DNA of 64,000 nt from Bdellovibrionota bacterium. Its GTDB lineage: Bacteria > Bdellovibrionota_C > UBA2361 > OMII01. The translations under genes were made by a program, and so were the position numbers. Location: the NCBI GenBank assembly GCA_044356215.1, contig JBIKWQ010000002.1, forward strand, positions 25,824 to 89,823. The letters are read 5' to 3'. Positions 18,836 through 27,913 of this stretch are shown one piece after another (position 1 is the stretch's first letter; each line of letters begins with the position of its first letter). Below the pieces are notes generated by a model. That model had not been told where the DNA came from. It saw only the letters and a list, made by a program, of their open reading frames with translations, and did not search any database.

Positions 18836-19801
18836 ATGATAAAATATCACCAAAAAGGCAGTGTGCTATTTATTACCTTCTCTGTGGAGGAGGGGCTCCT
18901 TTTCCAAGCCAACCCGCTTTGTACGGCTATTATACAGAGCTGCCTTGTGGCGGCATCGAAGCTTTATCCCCTCAAGATATCTCACATTACTGCTGAGGCC
19001 ACACACTTTCACACTATTATTACTGTTTTAAACCCGGATCATGTGCAGGCTTTCCTCAGACATTTTAAAACCGAGTCGGCTCATGCGATTAACGCCGTCC
19101 TGGGAAGAAAAAAGAGAACCGTGTGGTGTGATGGATACGATAGCCCACGCGTTCTGACCCTATCTAAAGCGATAGCGCTCATATCTTATACCTACTGCAA
19201 CCCGGCTAAGGACAACCTTGTTTCATCAATCGAGGAGTACCCAGGATTCTCAACGTGGCAGATGTTTAGATCCGGTGAGACAACAAAGAGGTGGAAGAGA
19301 TTTAGACGCCCGCAGTACCGGTGCCTTGCTCCAGAGAGCCATAACTTAAGAGGCTATACAAAAGAGGCTCAGCGACTCCTTGATGGGTCTTCAGAGGTTG
19401 AGACATTTACCTTAGAGCCAAACGCGTGGATGGAGGCGTTTGGGATAACAGATCCTGAACAGCAGAAAAGAATTAACGATAGGATTGTTGAGCGCGTCTG
19501 CACCTTAGAGAAGCGCGCTGCTGAGAAGCGGATACGCGAAAATAAGACCGTCATTGGACGCAGACGACTAGAGGAGCAGAAGATCGATACATCTTATAGA
19601 CCGGACCGAAAGGGAAGGAAGACGTGGTGCCTCTCGGATAACCGCTCGTTAAGAATTCAGTATATAAAAAAGTTAAAGGGACTACGAAAGGAAGGTCAAG
19701 CGATTAGAGCCAAGTGGATTATGGGCGATAGAACCGCCGTGTATCCACCTGGACTGTACCCTCCGTCGTTTCCGAAGCTAGCCAATGTTGTAGGCTGCTA
19801 G
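18836..19801 (+). CDS. rayT: REP-associated tyrosine (Y1/HUH) transposase-like protein with C-terminal extension
   Basis: FITF near the N-terminus, HUH motif (THFHT), W.DGYDS, catalytic YTYCNPAKDNLV..IEEYPGFS (RAYT-type NP.K..LV...Y..SS). No tnpB. Confidence 0.82.
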   Translation: MIKYHQKGSVLFITFSVEEGLLFQANPLCTAIIQSCLVAASKLYPLKISHITAEATHFHTIITVLNPDHVQAFLRHFKTESAHAINAVLGRKKRTVWCDGYDSPRVLTLSKAIALISYTYCNPAKDNLVSSIEEYPGFSTWQMFRSGETTKRWKRFRRPQYRCLAPESHNLRGYTKEAQRLLDGSSEVETFTLEPNAWMEAFGITDPEQQKRINDRIVERVCTLEKRAAEKRIRENKTVIGRRRLEEQKIDTSYRPDRKGRKTWCLSDNRSLRIQYIKKLKGLRKEGQAIRAKWIMGDRTAVYPPGLYPPSFPKLANVVGC

Positions 19802-19948
19802 AGTCCTTTCCTATCCCATAGTGCGACTTCTGACTCGCAGCGCCGAGGTGTATCTACTGTTGGCGGTTGACTGGCTTGTTTCGACGCATTTCCTCGATTT
19901 ACAGAGTTTTAGTGATGCCTCGACGCTCTGATTATTACGCAGCCGCTT

Positions 19949-19991
19949 CCGGTAGCCCGGCTACAGGGACTCGGGGCCGGCTACCGGGACT
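19949..19991. repeat. REP-like palindrome cluster downstream of RAYT
   Basis: GTAGCCCGGCTAC (19952-19964). Tandem CCGGCTAC(A/C)GGGACT at 19957 and 19977. CCGGTAGCC...GGCTACCGG can form a stem. Confidence 0.55.
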
Positions 19992-20033
19992 GGGAAGGAC
20001 TCAAGCAGAGACTCGGAATCGCTCGCGGCGACC

Positions 20034-21557
20034 TCACCCCAACAACGACACCCCCGTCATCTCCTTGGGCTGCTCCAGCCCCATCATCGCCAGGATAGTT
20101 GGAGCAACGTCACAGAGCGCGCCGTCGGCCTTTAGGGTGACGCCAGGCTTATGGCCTACCAGTATAACCGGCACTGGGAATGTTGTGTGCGCGGTGTGTG
20201 GCGTGCCATCGGCATAATTGATCATCTGCTCGGCGTTTCCGTGGTCGGCTATAATTAGAGCCTGCCCTCTGACTTCTTCTAAGTTTTTTAGAATCTCTCC
20301 TAGGCATGAATCAACCGTCTCAACCGCCTTGATCCCCGCATCCACCACTCCAGTATGGCCCACCATATCGCAGTTGGCGAAGTTAACAACGACTAGGCCG
20401 TACTTTCCAGAACGCAATCCACCGGTTACTAATTCAGTTACACCGTGAGCGCTCATCTCAGGTTCTAGATCGTATGTTTTCACATCACGCGGAGAGGGGA
20501 CTAATTGGCGATCTTCTCCTGGATAGGGCTTCTCGATTCCGCCATTTAGGAAATAGGTCACATGTGGATATTTCTCGGTCTCAGCGACCCGGAGCTGGCC
20601 GATGCCGTTGTTGGCTACTACTTCGCCTAGGTGGTTCTTAATCTCTCTCTGCTCAAATAGAAATGGTAACCCTAAGGTGTGATCATAATCGGTAAAGCAG
20701 AGAACGTGCTGGCTCTCTGGTACTAGACCTTCTCTCTTGAATCCTTCAAAAGACGGCGAGCAGATAGAGGAAACTATTTCGCGCATGCGATCTTCACGGA
20801 AATTAAAGAAAATAACTGAGTCACCCCGCTCGAATCCCCGGTAGTTAATCGTAGCTGGCTCAAGGAACTCGTCGGTAACACCCTTCGCGTAAGAAGAGTT
20901 TATGTATTCCGCCGCTGAAGTAATCGCAGTCCCCTTTCCTAAGCAGATCGCGTTGTAAGCCGCCTGAACACGCTCCCACCGTTTGTCGCGGTCCATCGCG
21001 AAGAAACGTCCGCAAACTGTTGCTATTCGGCAGTTTGGAGTGTCCGCTATGAAATCACTTAGATCTTTTAGGTCGTTTTTAAAAGATGTCGGTGAGACGT
21101 CTCTGCCATCACTAATTGGATGAAGAGCGATATTCATTCCATTTAGATCGCTCTTTAGTCGCTTTAAGAGAAGCTTTAAATGCTCGCTGTGAGAGTGAAC
21201 ACCGCCAGAGCTAAGGAGTCCGATAATATGGACGGTTTTAGATTCTTTAGCTGTCTCTAAAAACTCCTGATAAGCCGCTGACGAATCAAGGAAGGACCCA
21301 GATAACGCGCGAGAGATCTTTAATAGCCACTGCTCAACTTCTCGGCCTGCGCCTATATTGAGATGTCCTACTTCAGAGTTTCCCATCTGGCCGGCCGGGA
21401 GCCCAACACGCTCACCAAAAGTGGTTAGAGTGGCGTGCGGATGTGATGACAAGAGTCCGTCGATTACCGGTTTCTTGGCCAAGGCTACCGCGTTACCAAC
21501 TGAGTTCGGATTAATTCCAAATCCATCTAAGATACAGAGAAGGGTTGGCTTAGTCAT
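20034..21557 (-). CDS. gpmI: 2,3-BPG-independent phosphoglycerate mutase
   Basis: LCILDGFG, GQMGNSEVGH, ETEKYPHVTYF, DMVGHTG, ADHGNAE. Confidence 0.97.
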   Translation of the reverse strand: MTKPTLLCILDGFGINPNSVGNAVALAKKPVIDGLLSSHPHATLTTFGERVGLPAGQMGNSEVGHLNIGAGREVEQWLLKISRALSGSFLDSSAAYQEFLETAKESKTVHIIGLLSSGGVHSHSEHLKLLLKRLKSDLNGMNIALHPISDGRDVSPTSFKNDLKDLSDFIADTPNCRIATVCGRFFAMDRDKRWERVQAAYNAICLGKGTAITSAAEYINSSYAKGVTDEFLEPATINYRGFERGDSVIFFNFREDRMREIVSSICSPSFEGFKREGLVPESQHVLCFTDYDHTLGLPFLFEQREIKNHLGEVVANNGIGQLRVAETEKYPHVTYFLNGGIEKPYPGEDRQLVPSPRDVKTYDLEPEMSAHGVTELVTGGLRSGKYGLVVVNFANCDMVGHTGVVDAGIKAVETVDSCLGEILKNLEEVRGQALIIADHGNAEQMINYADGTPHTAHTTFPVPVILVGHKPGVTLKADGALCDVAPTILAMMGLEQPKEMTGVSLLG

Positions 21558-21577
21558 ACTAGTTCCACAGATAAAAG

Positions 21578-22888
21578 TTACGGTGTAGATAGAGCTGGTG
21601 ATGGCTCGGATCTTCCGGATGCAGAAGAGATTTTTGTGCTCTGAGAAGTAGTGGGTCGACCTTTGCCGGTGGCTAGCTTCTCCCAGATAGGCGCGGTATC
21701 TCGAGCATTGCCCATTAGCGATATACAGTAGCCCTCGTGAATGTTTAGTCTCTGTGTCTGTTCTTCCGAAAGAGCGACCCCTTCCTTGTTTGACAAAGCA
21801 GTTACGCCAGTAATTAGACCCTCAGCGTCCTGGAATCTATTTGCAGATAGAAGGGTTTCAATAAGAAGAAACTCTGCCTCAATTCTGGAAACTCCTAGAG
21901 TATCTTTAGTGGCGCTCCTGGCTGCAGCGATGGCGCGATCTCCGCGTTGCTTCTGATCAATCGATTGATTGTTTAGCCAGAGGTCAACAACGGCGCGCCA
22001 CTTTGATACGTTGCCCTTGGATGCACGCGCGGCTTTAACTAGATACTCAGCCGCCGCGTCAGCGCGCCCGTGATGAAGTTCATCTTCGGCTAGCTTCTCT
22101 AGCGCGGCCGTAAAGGTAGGATTTCTTTTGGCTAGGGTAAGTAGTGATTCCCGTCGTGCATCATCGTTCTGCTCATTTGTTACTACTTGCTTAAACGAGA
22201 GTCTAGCGCGCGTCTCGACACTGTTCTCAGAGGCATATCCCATGCGCTCTAGCTCCTCGTGGTATTTCAGCGCCTGAGTAAAGTCACCGAGCTCTTCGCT
22301 GATTTGGCGCGCCATCTCTAGCGCATGTCGACAAGGATAATCCGCGATAACTAGTGCCAAGTTGTCACGTGCCGCGGTCTTATTATCCAGAGTGTGATTT
22401 AGCTTCGCGGCTCTAATCAAAACCTCAGCGTTCGAGCGGCTGCTAGCCCGTGTTGAATCAAGAACCTTTAGAGCCTCGCGAGGGTCGCCTAACTCCTCGA
22501 TGCATTTCGATAGCTCAACTCGGGCGACGATGTTGTCTGGGTCTTCACCTATGACGCTCTCCCAGAGGGCTCTAGCCGCCCCTAAATCTCCGCATGCCAT
22601 CAGGGTCCTGGCCTGTTCCTGAGATTTAAAGAAGCTCTGCCTAGCGCGCTCTAGCGAGCGGAGTCGCCGCTCTCTTAAGTAGCCTTTAAAGCCGAAGAAC
22701 AGAGCGACTATTGAGGCAGCGACGCAACCAGCGACGAATACCCCGATGTAAATAACGCCAGCATAGGTTGAGATAGTTAGCTTAGGTCCCAGCTTAAGGG
22801 TCGCAGTATCAGAGTTTGTTAGGGTGATATAGAGAGCCGCGGCGACGACTAAGGCGATGAATAGGAACCGATTGAATTGCTTGAGCAT
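21578..22888 (-). CDS. LapA-like membrane domain fused to TPR repeats (LapB/YciM-like, no rubredoxin motif seen)
   Basis: Two N-terminal TM segments in a DUF1049-like arrangement, followed by TPR-like helical repeats. Confidence 0.6.
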   Translation of the reverse strand: MLKQFNRFLFIALVVAAALYITLTNSDTATLKLGPKLTISTYAGVIYIGVFVAGCVAASIVALFFGFKGYLRERRLRSLERARQSFFKSQEQARTLMACGDLGAARALWESVIGEDPDNIVARVELSKCIEELGDPREALKVLDSTRASSRSNAEVLIRAAKLNHTLDNKTAARDNLALVIADYPCRHALEMARQISEELGDFTQALKYHEELERMGYASENSVETRARLSFKQVVTNEQNDDARRESLLTLAKRNPTFTAALEKLAEDELHHGRADAAAEYLVKAARASKGNVSKWRAVVDLWLNNQSIDQKQRGDRAIAAARSATKDTLGVSRIEAEFLLIETLLSANRFQDAEGLITGVTALSNKEGVALSEEQTQRLNIHEGYCISLMGNARDTAPIWEKLATGKGRPTTSQSTKISSASGRSEPSPALSTP

Positions 22889-23069
22889 GAGCTGATAACT
22901 CTAAAGAAAATAGTCAAAGTGAGTTTAGCTTGGAGAGGGGTAGGTGTACAGAGTTCTGAGAGTGGGGCGTAGGATTTGCGCATCCCGATATCACTCCCTC
23001 GTGAACGTGCTCGTAATACTGCACATGTCTTCTACGCGGCCTCTTTCTCCTGCACCTATCTCCTGCTCC

Positions 23070-23265
23070 TCCTCCTCTTGCTCCTTCCTTATCCTAATCC
23101 TGCACTTGCACCTATCTCCTCCTCTTCGTCTACAGATAGGTAGGTGAAATAGGCAAAATTAACTCTCCGTGACCCTAGGCGACCTCGATGTGGAGGATTA
23201 GGAGGAGGAAACCGGTGCAGGTGCAGGATAAGGATAAGGAGGAAATCATAGGAGCAAGAGGAGGA
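23070..23265. repeat. Imperfect long inverted repeat made of purine/pyrimidine-skewed hexamer-like units
   Basis: Left arm TCCTCCTCTTGCTCCT..TCCTTATCCTAATCCTGCACTTGCACC (23070-23123) is complementary to right arm GGTGCAGGTGCAGGATAAGGATAAGGA..AGGAGCAAGAGGAGGA (23200-23265). Confidence 0.75.
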
Positions 23266-23390
23266 TAAGGACGAGGAGGCAAAACCGGCAAGCCTATTTG
23301 TGGATTGACCACGAATGGACTGACCGTATCCTCTCGCCCCTTCAAGAACCCCGAAAACGGCGCCAGATTCATGTCAACGGCGGGACTTCC

Positions 23391-23711
23391 CTAAACATTC
23401 GAGGCAGCAGATTCCTCTACCACTGTATTAGCCGGTGTCCGGTTAAGCGAGCCAGCTCTTCTTACTATTACAGGCGAGTTAATGAGCAGCGTAGTAGTAT
23501 CAGCCATGCGGTGGTACTTGATATCAAAGCCGTCTTTGTCAATTACGAAGTACTTCTCGATGACCTTGACCATCTCCTCACGGAAGCCTGACATCTCGTC
23601 GTTTGTTAGGCCGGTCCTGTCTTGAACAAGAACGAAGTGCAGTCGGCTCTTGGCTACATCTTTGCTCTCATTATTTCCACCGAAGATTAAATTTTTAATG
23701 GCGGTTAACAC
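23391..23711 (-). CDS. minE: Cell division topological specificity factor MinE
   Basis: SKDVAKSRLHFVLVQDR, VIEKY. Follows minD. Confidence 0.92.
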   Translation of the reverse strand: MLTAIKNLIFGGNNESKDVAKSRLHFVLVQDRTGLTNDEMSGFREEMVKVIEKYFVIDKDGFDIKYHRMADTTTLLINSPVIVRRAGSLNRTPANTVVEESAASNV

Positions 23712-23790
23712 TTTTTTAACTCCCGTGACTATGCACTTACTACGTTTTTCGACTTTACCTAGAATGACACAATCCGACCATACTAAAACT

Positions 23791-24621
23791 TTACTGATTT
23801 ACCCCTAACCTGCGAGTGAGGCGATTCCATAACGAACCACTATCGAAGCTCGGTATCGGAATCTGCTCGCCGCATACACGGCCAGCGATACGATTAAATG
23901 CCTGGCCAGCCTTTGACTTAGGATTATAGGTTACTGGCTCGCCGCAGTTGGCGGCTACGATAATCTGCTCATCGCGCTCAATTACCCCAAGGATCTCAAT
24001 TCCTAGGATGTCCTGAACGTCCTTCACCGAAAGCATATCTCCGCGACGGACCATATCGAAATCGATGCGGTTAATTATTAGCCGCGCCTCGATACCCTTT
24101 GATGATAGAAGTCCGACCACTCGGTCGGCATCACGGATAGCTGATACCTCAGGGGTGGTTACGACGATAGCTGAGTCCGCTCCAGCGCATGCATTTCTGA
24201 AACCTTGCTCGATGCCCGCAGGAGAGTCGATTAGTATGTAGTGGAATTCACGCTTGAACTGCTCGAGAACGTACCTTACCTCAGCCTCATCGATTACGTC
24301 CTTGTCGTCGGTCTGTGAAGCCGGGAGGAGGTAGAGGTTGTTGGACTTCTTTGACTTGATAATCGCTTGTGAAGGTTTGCAGATCTTCTTGGCAACATCG
24401 ACGATATTGAAAACAATGCGGTTCTCAAGGCCAAGAATTACGTCTAGGTTTCTCAGGCCGATATCGGCATCGATCACAAGAACTCGCTGGCCCTTCAGGG
24501 CTAAGGCGGCCCCTAAGCTAGCTGTGGTTGTGGTTTTACCGACGCCACCTTTACCCGATGTAATGACGATAGCCTCGCCCACATCCTTCTTTCCACCGGC
24601 TCCCAAAGTTTTATTGCTCAT
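23791..24621 (-). CDS. minD: Septum site-determining ATPase MinD
   Basis: TSGKGGVGKTT, DIGLRNLD, DSPAGIEQGF, PEVSAIRDADR. Confidence 0.97.
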   Translation of the reverse strand: MSNKTLGAGGKKDVGEAIVITSGKGGVGKTTTTASLGAALALKGQRVLVIDADIGLRNLDVILGLENRIVFNIVDVAKKICKPSQAIIKSKKSNNLYLLPASQTDDKDVIDEAEVRYVLEQFKREFHYILIDSPAGIEQGFRNACAGADSAIVVTTPEVSAIRDADRVVGLLSSKGIEARLIINRIDFDMVRRGDMLSVKDVQDILGIEILGVIERDEQIIVAANCGEPVTYNPKSKAGQAFNRIAGRVCGEQIPIPSFDSGSLWNRLTRRLGVNQ

Positions 24622-24624
24622 CGA

Positions 24625-25581
24625 CTACTCCCTTCTACGTGCCCAGACAGTTCGCGATTGGTAAGGTTCAACTACGATCATATTTCCATCTACCCGAGCC
24701 ACCTCAGGTAGACCTCCACGCGGGGTGCTTTCGGCATCCTCAGCTCCAGATCCACGTGATATCACGAGCCCTATGCGTAGCTGAGTCGGTCTCAGATTGA
24801 GACTGAATATCACCCTTCCGCCACCACTCTCATCGTACGCTCCAGCGTGGGCTATTCCGCGGAGAGTCCCAAGGATTATAACGTCACCACCAGCTATAAC
24901 CTCAGCACCGGAATTAACATCTCCAAAGACTATAATCGAGTGCTCGCTCTCGATCTTCTGCCCCGAGCGCAGTGTTCCGTAAACGATTCTCGCGTCAGGC
25001 TCATCCCATGACATAGGATTGGCGGCGCCAACACGGCTCTCGTAAGAATCAATCCCATCAAACAAACTGACGCTACGCTCTGGAGTGGCTGCGGATTTCT
25101 TAACAGCACCGTTCTTGCCACCACCTACAACAGCGAATGGGGGCTCTTTGCTCTGTATCTCTTCCGTCACGGAGAGATTTTCTACCGGAGTGGATTTGGT
25201 AACTGTCACGCTTTTTTGCTTGGATGCGCGAACTGATACCGCGAAGTCTTTGCTTAGGATTTCGGTAAGGGTCTGAACGATTCCCTCATCCGGACGGCGT
25301 CCGATCCACTCAAAAGCGATATCGTTCCCTGATAGGAAGGAGCGCCTTGACTCAAGGAACTCTCGGACCGCAGATATGAGGTCCGAGCTCTCAACCCGGC
25401 CGTCGACGCGCAAAACCAGCCCCTCAGATGTCCCTCGCGCGGTGATTACACTACTGCGCTCCTCGGTCTTTCTAGCGGCTGGGATTTGATCGGCTGATTC
25501 CCTGTTAGGCGTATCGATGAGGCCGTTTGTTCCGGCTCCGCCTTCCTGAAATCCTTCTTCATCATTAAAGGGGTTGTTCAT
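24625..25581 (-). CDS. minC: Septum site-determining protein MinC
   Basis: TLRSGQ, GDVNSGAEVIAGGD, GTLRGIAHAGA, PTQLRIG. Confidence 0.93.
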   Translation of the reverse strand: MNNPFNDEEGFQEGGAGTNGLIDTPNRESADQIPAARKTEERSSVITARGTSEGLVLRVDGRVESSDLISAVREFLESRRSFLSGNDIAFEWIGRRPDEGIVQTLTEILSKDFAVSVRASKQKSVTVTKSTPVENLSVTEEIQSKEPPFAVVGGGKNGAVKKSAATPERSVSLFDGIDSYESRVGAANPMSWDEPDARIVYGTLRSGQKIESEHSIIVFGDVNSGAEVIAGGDVIILGTLRGIAHAGAYDESGGGRVIFSLNLRPTQLRIGLVISRGSGAEDAESTPRGGLPEVARVDGNMIVVEPYQSRTVWARRRE

Positions 25582-25705
25582 AATGGATGCTACATCTCTC
25601 TACGGCAAAACCGATTAAACCTGCTGGTCGCTCCGCGCTTTGTCGAGTAAAGTCGATCGTTTACTTGTACCAAAGATACTCGCGCTGAGTGATTACTTTA
25701 AGTGG

Positions 25706-25735
25706 CTTATAGCAAAGCCTTGATCTCGGCGTCAA
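25706..25735 (-). promoter_or_regulatory. Putative sigma70 promoter of minCDE
   Basis: Minus strand TTGACG-N18-TATAAG with TG extension. Confidence 0.45.
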
Positions 25736-25858
25736 CAAACAAGTGTTGAAAATAAAAATTATTTAGAGTGAAGATAAAGTTTGCCTATCTCTCGGCCGGT
25801 CGTATTGACTTTACTAGGAGCTTTGGCATAGCCCTAAGGATAGCCAAATTAGGCTGGG

Positions 25859-26049
25859 TTAAGGAAGGCCGGCAAAACCCCTCCCTACTGCGAAAGCGGA
25901 TCTTGAGCTGCTCTTCGAGTTTTCGAGATGGGAAAAAATCCTCAATGTATCACAGTGGATACACTTGCGGTTTTTCCCCATCTCGAAAATCGAATATCAA
26001 CTCAACCTCCACTTTCTCGCTACGGGTAGGTTTTTCCGGCCTTCCTTAA
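25859..26049. mobile_element. Palindromic element family B, copy 2 (191 bp), just upstream of pgpA
   Basis: Same TTAAGGAAG...CTTCCTTAA ends and core as 17163-17352. Confidence 0.88.
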
Positions 26050-26075
26050 AGAAGTTTAAGAAGGTATTTACCTTA

Positions 26076-26546
26076 ATGATTGACCTAATAGCTAAATGGA
26101 TCGCGAGTGGTTTTGGAAGTGGCTATGCGAATGTAGCGCCCGGCACATTTGGAAGTTTTGCGGCGCTGTTTTTTTGGTGGTTGCTCTTTCAGATTGGCGC
26201 ACTAGATGCGGCGAACGCCGCTGTTGTTCCTCTAGTGATTACAACTGCAGTCGGATTCTTAGCTGTCGCTTGGTGTGTACGAAATCTCGACGCAGGAGCT
26301 GATCCGCAGTGGATCGTGATCGATGAATGGGCGGGTCTATACATCGCTCTTCTAGGTTTGACTCCGGGTAGCTGGGGGCTAGTTTTAGCGGCATTTATTT
26401 TTTTTAGAGCTTTTGACGCGCTCAAAACAGGTCCTGTCGCGTGGGCGGAGTCGTTACCTAAGGCGTTCGGAATTATGGCAGATGATTTAGTAGCAGGAAT
26501 AATGGCCGCTATCGTAATCTGGGGATTAAGGTTAGCCATTTATTAG
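26076..26546 (+). CDS. pgpA: Phosphatidylglycerophosphatase A
   Basis: GFGSG..APGTFGS, DPQWIVIDEWAG, FRAFDALK, GIMADDLVAG. True start ATG 26076; the upstream ORF extension comes from the repeat. Confidence 0.93.
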   Translation: MIDLIAKWIASGFGSGYANVAPGTFGSFAALFFWWLLFQIGALDAANAAVVPLVITTAVGFLAVAWCVRNLDAGADPQWIVIDEWAGLYIALLGLTPGSWGLVLAAFIFFRAFDALKTGPVAWAESLPKAFGIMADDLVAGIMAAIVIWGLRLAIY

Positions 26547-26556
26547 TTATGAAACT

Positions 26557-27612
26557 GTGAAGATTATGAGTTTGTCGCGGAATCTTGGATTTGTATCTCT
26601 TTTGCTTTGTTTATCCGCGTGCTCTCCAGGATATGTCATGAGAGCGGCATATGAGCAGAGTAAGATCCTACTAGCTAGGAGACCGATCGATCAGGTGGTT
26701 CAGGATGTCGCCATAGTTGATGAGGACCGAAGAAAACTTGAGCTAGTCTTGGAGGCGCGTGCCTTCGCCGTTTCAATCGGTTTAGATCCGAAGGGTTCAT
26801 TCACGAAGTACGCTGATATCGGCAAAGACACATTGGCCTGGGTTGTTATGGGATCAAAAAAAGATTCCTTTGACATGTATACTTGGTGGTTTCCGATCGT
26901 TGGTACAGTGCCTTACAAAGGTTTCTTCTCTCAGGAGGCCGCGATAAGTCAGGCAAGCGAGCTAGAGCGAAAGGGCTATGAAACTAGCGTCAGAGGTACC
27001 GAGGCCTTTAGCACCCTTGGTTGGTTTAATGATCCGCTACTCTCGACGACTCTAATGAATCCGCCAGTACGGGTCGCTAATACTGTGATTCACGAGAGCG
27101 TGCACTCAACTGTTTGGATTAAAGATAACGTGCCGTTTAATGAGAGCTTGGCTAACTTTGTTGCCTCTCAGGCGACGGTAGAGTTTTTTAAAGCGCGCGC
27201 AAAAGATACTTGGTCAAACTCAGCTAAAGATACGGGAGAGTTGGTCGGTCTAGCGGAGAGAGAGCACCGATTTACCTTAGAGTATGCGGATCTAGTAACC
27301 ACATTGTACAAGGAGCTGGGTGATCTCTATCAGAGAGCGGACATCACAAAGGAACAGAAGATTGAGATGCGAGAAGGGGTATTTAAAGCGATCGTCGCGC
27401 CATTTAAAAAGCGTTATCCCGGCATCCGATCCTTGGCTCAGTTAAACAACGCGGAATTGCTGCAAACTACTATATACATGACCAAATTACGCTCTTTCGA
27501 GCGCCTGTTTAACCGCTCGTCGGGGTCTTGGGAGCGCTTCTTTGGGGAGATTAGAGCTATCTCTAGGCGTGTTTCCGAGGGAGATCTTGAGGACCCTTTT
27601 GCTGGTTTGTAG
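26557..27612 (+). CDS. Putative zinc aminopeptidase lipoprotein (DUF2265-like)
   Basis: Lipobox LSAC, WWFPIVGTVPYKGFF, STLGWFNDP, HESVH, FNESLA. Confidence 0.85.
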   Translation: MKIMSLSRNLGFVSLLLCLSACSPGYVMRAAYEQSKILLARRPIDQVVQDVAIVDEDRRKLELVLEARAFAVSIGLDPKGSFTKYADIGKDTLAWVVMGSKKDSFDMYTWWFPIVGTVPYKGFFSQEAAISQASELERKGYETSVRGTEAFSTLGWFNDPLLSTTLMNPPVRVANTVIHESVHSTVWIKDNVPFNESLANFVASQATVEFFKARAKDTWSNSAKDTGELVGLAEREHRFTLEYADLVTTLYKELGDLYQRADITKEQKIEMREGVFKAIVAPFKKRYPGIRSLAQLNNAELLQTTIYMTKLRSFERLFNRSSGSWERFFGEIRAISRRVSEGDLEDPFAGL

Positions 27613-27913
27613 GGTGTAAGAAAAAGGGATTTAGCCCTCCAATCTGTTGATTTAGCCACCCAAACAGCTTAAAAACTCTCGCCGGACAAGGGCGCGTTGT
27701 GGCCTAAAAAAGGACCCAATAGGGCGTTTTTAGGGGGATATCACGATTTGGCTCAAACGACCCATAACCCTAAAAGATAATACTAGTGGCAAGGTTAAGT
27801 TATTTTTGAAGCACTTGGCCGTTTGCCTCGGATTATAGGTTAACGCCGCGGTGTGTGGTGGTGGGTGTGTGTCCCTATGTGGCAGGCCCACGATTAAAAG
27901 AAAAGGTTAGATT

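Noticed and set aside
18836..19801. IS200/IS605 element with TnpB or IscB
   Set aside because: No RuvC/TnpB ORF is adjacent, and the motifs fit RAYT-type Y1 enzymes better.
22944..23372. Short ORFs 22944..23147 and 23175..23372
   Set aside because: Low-complexity translations of the inverted-repeat arms.
25768..26075. ORF 25768..26049 and the N-terminal extension of pgpA from 25965
   Set aside because: Both are largely translations of the family B repeat. PgpA similarity starts at ATG 26076.
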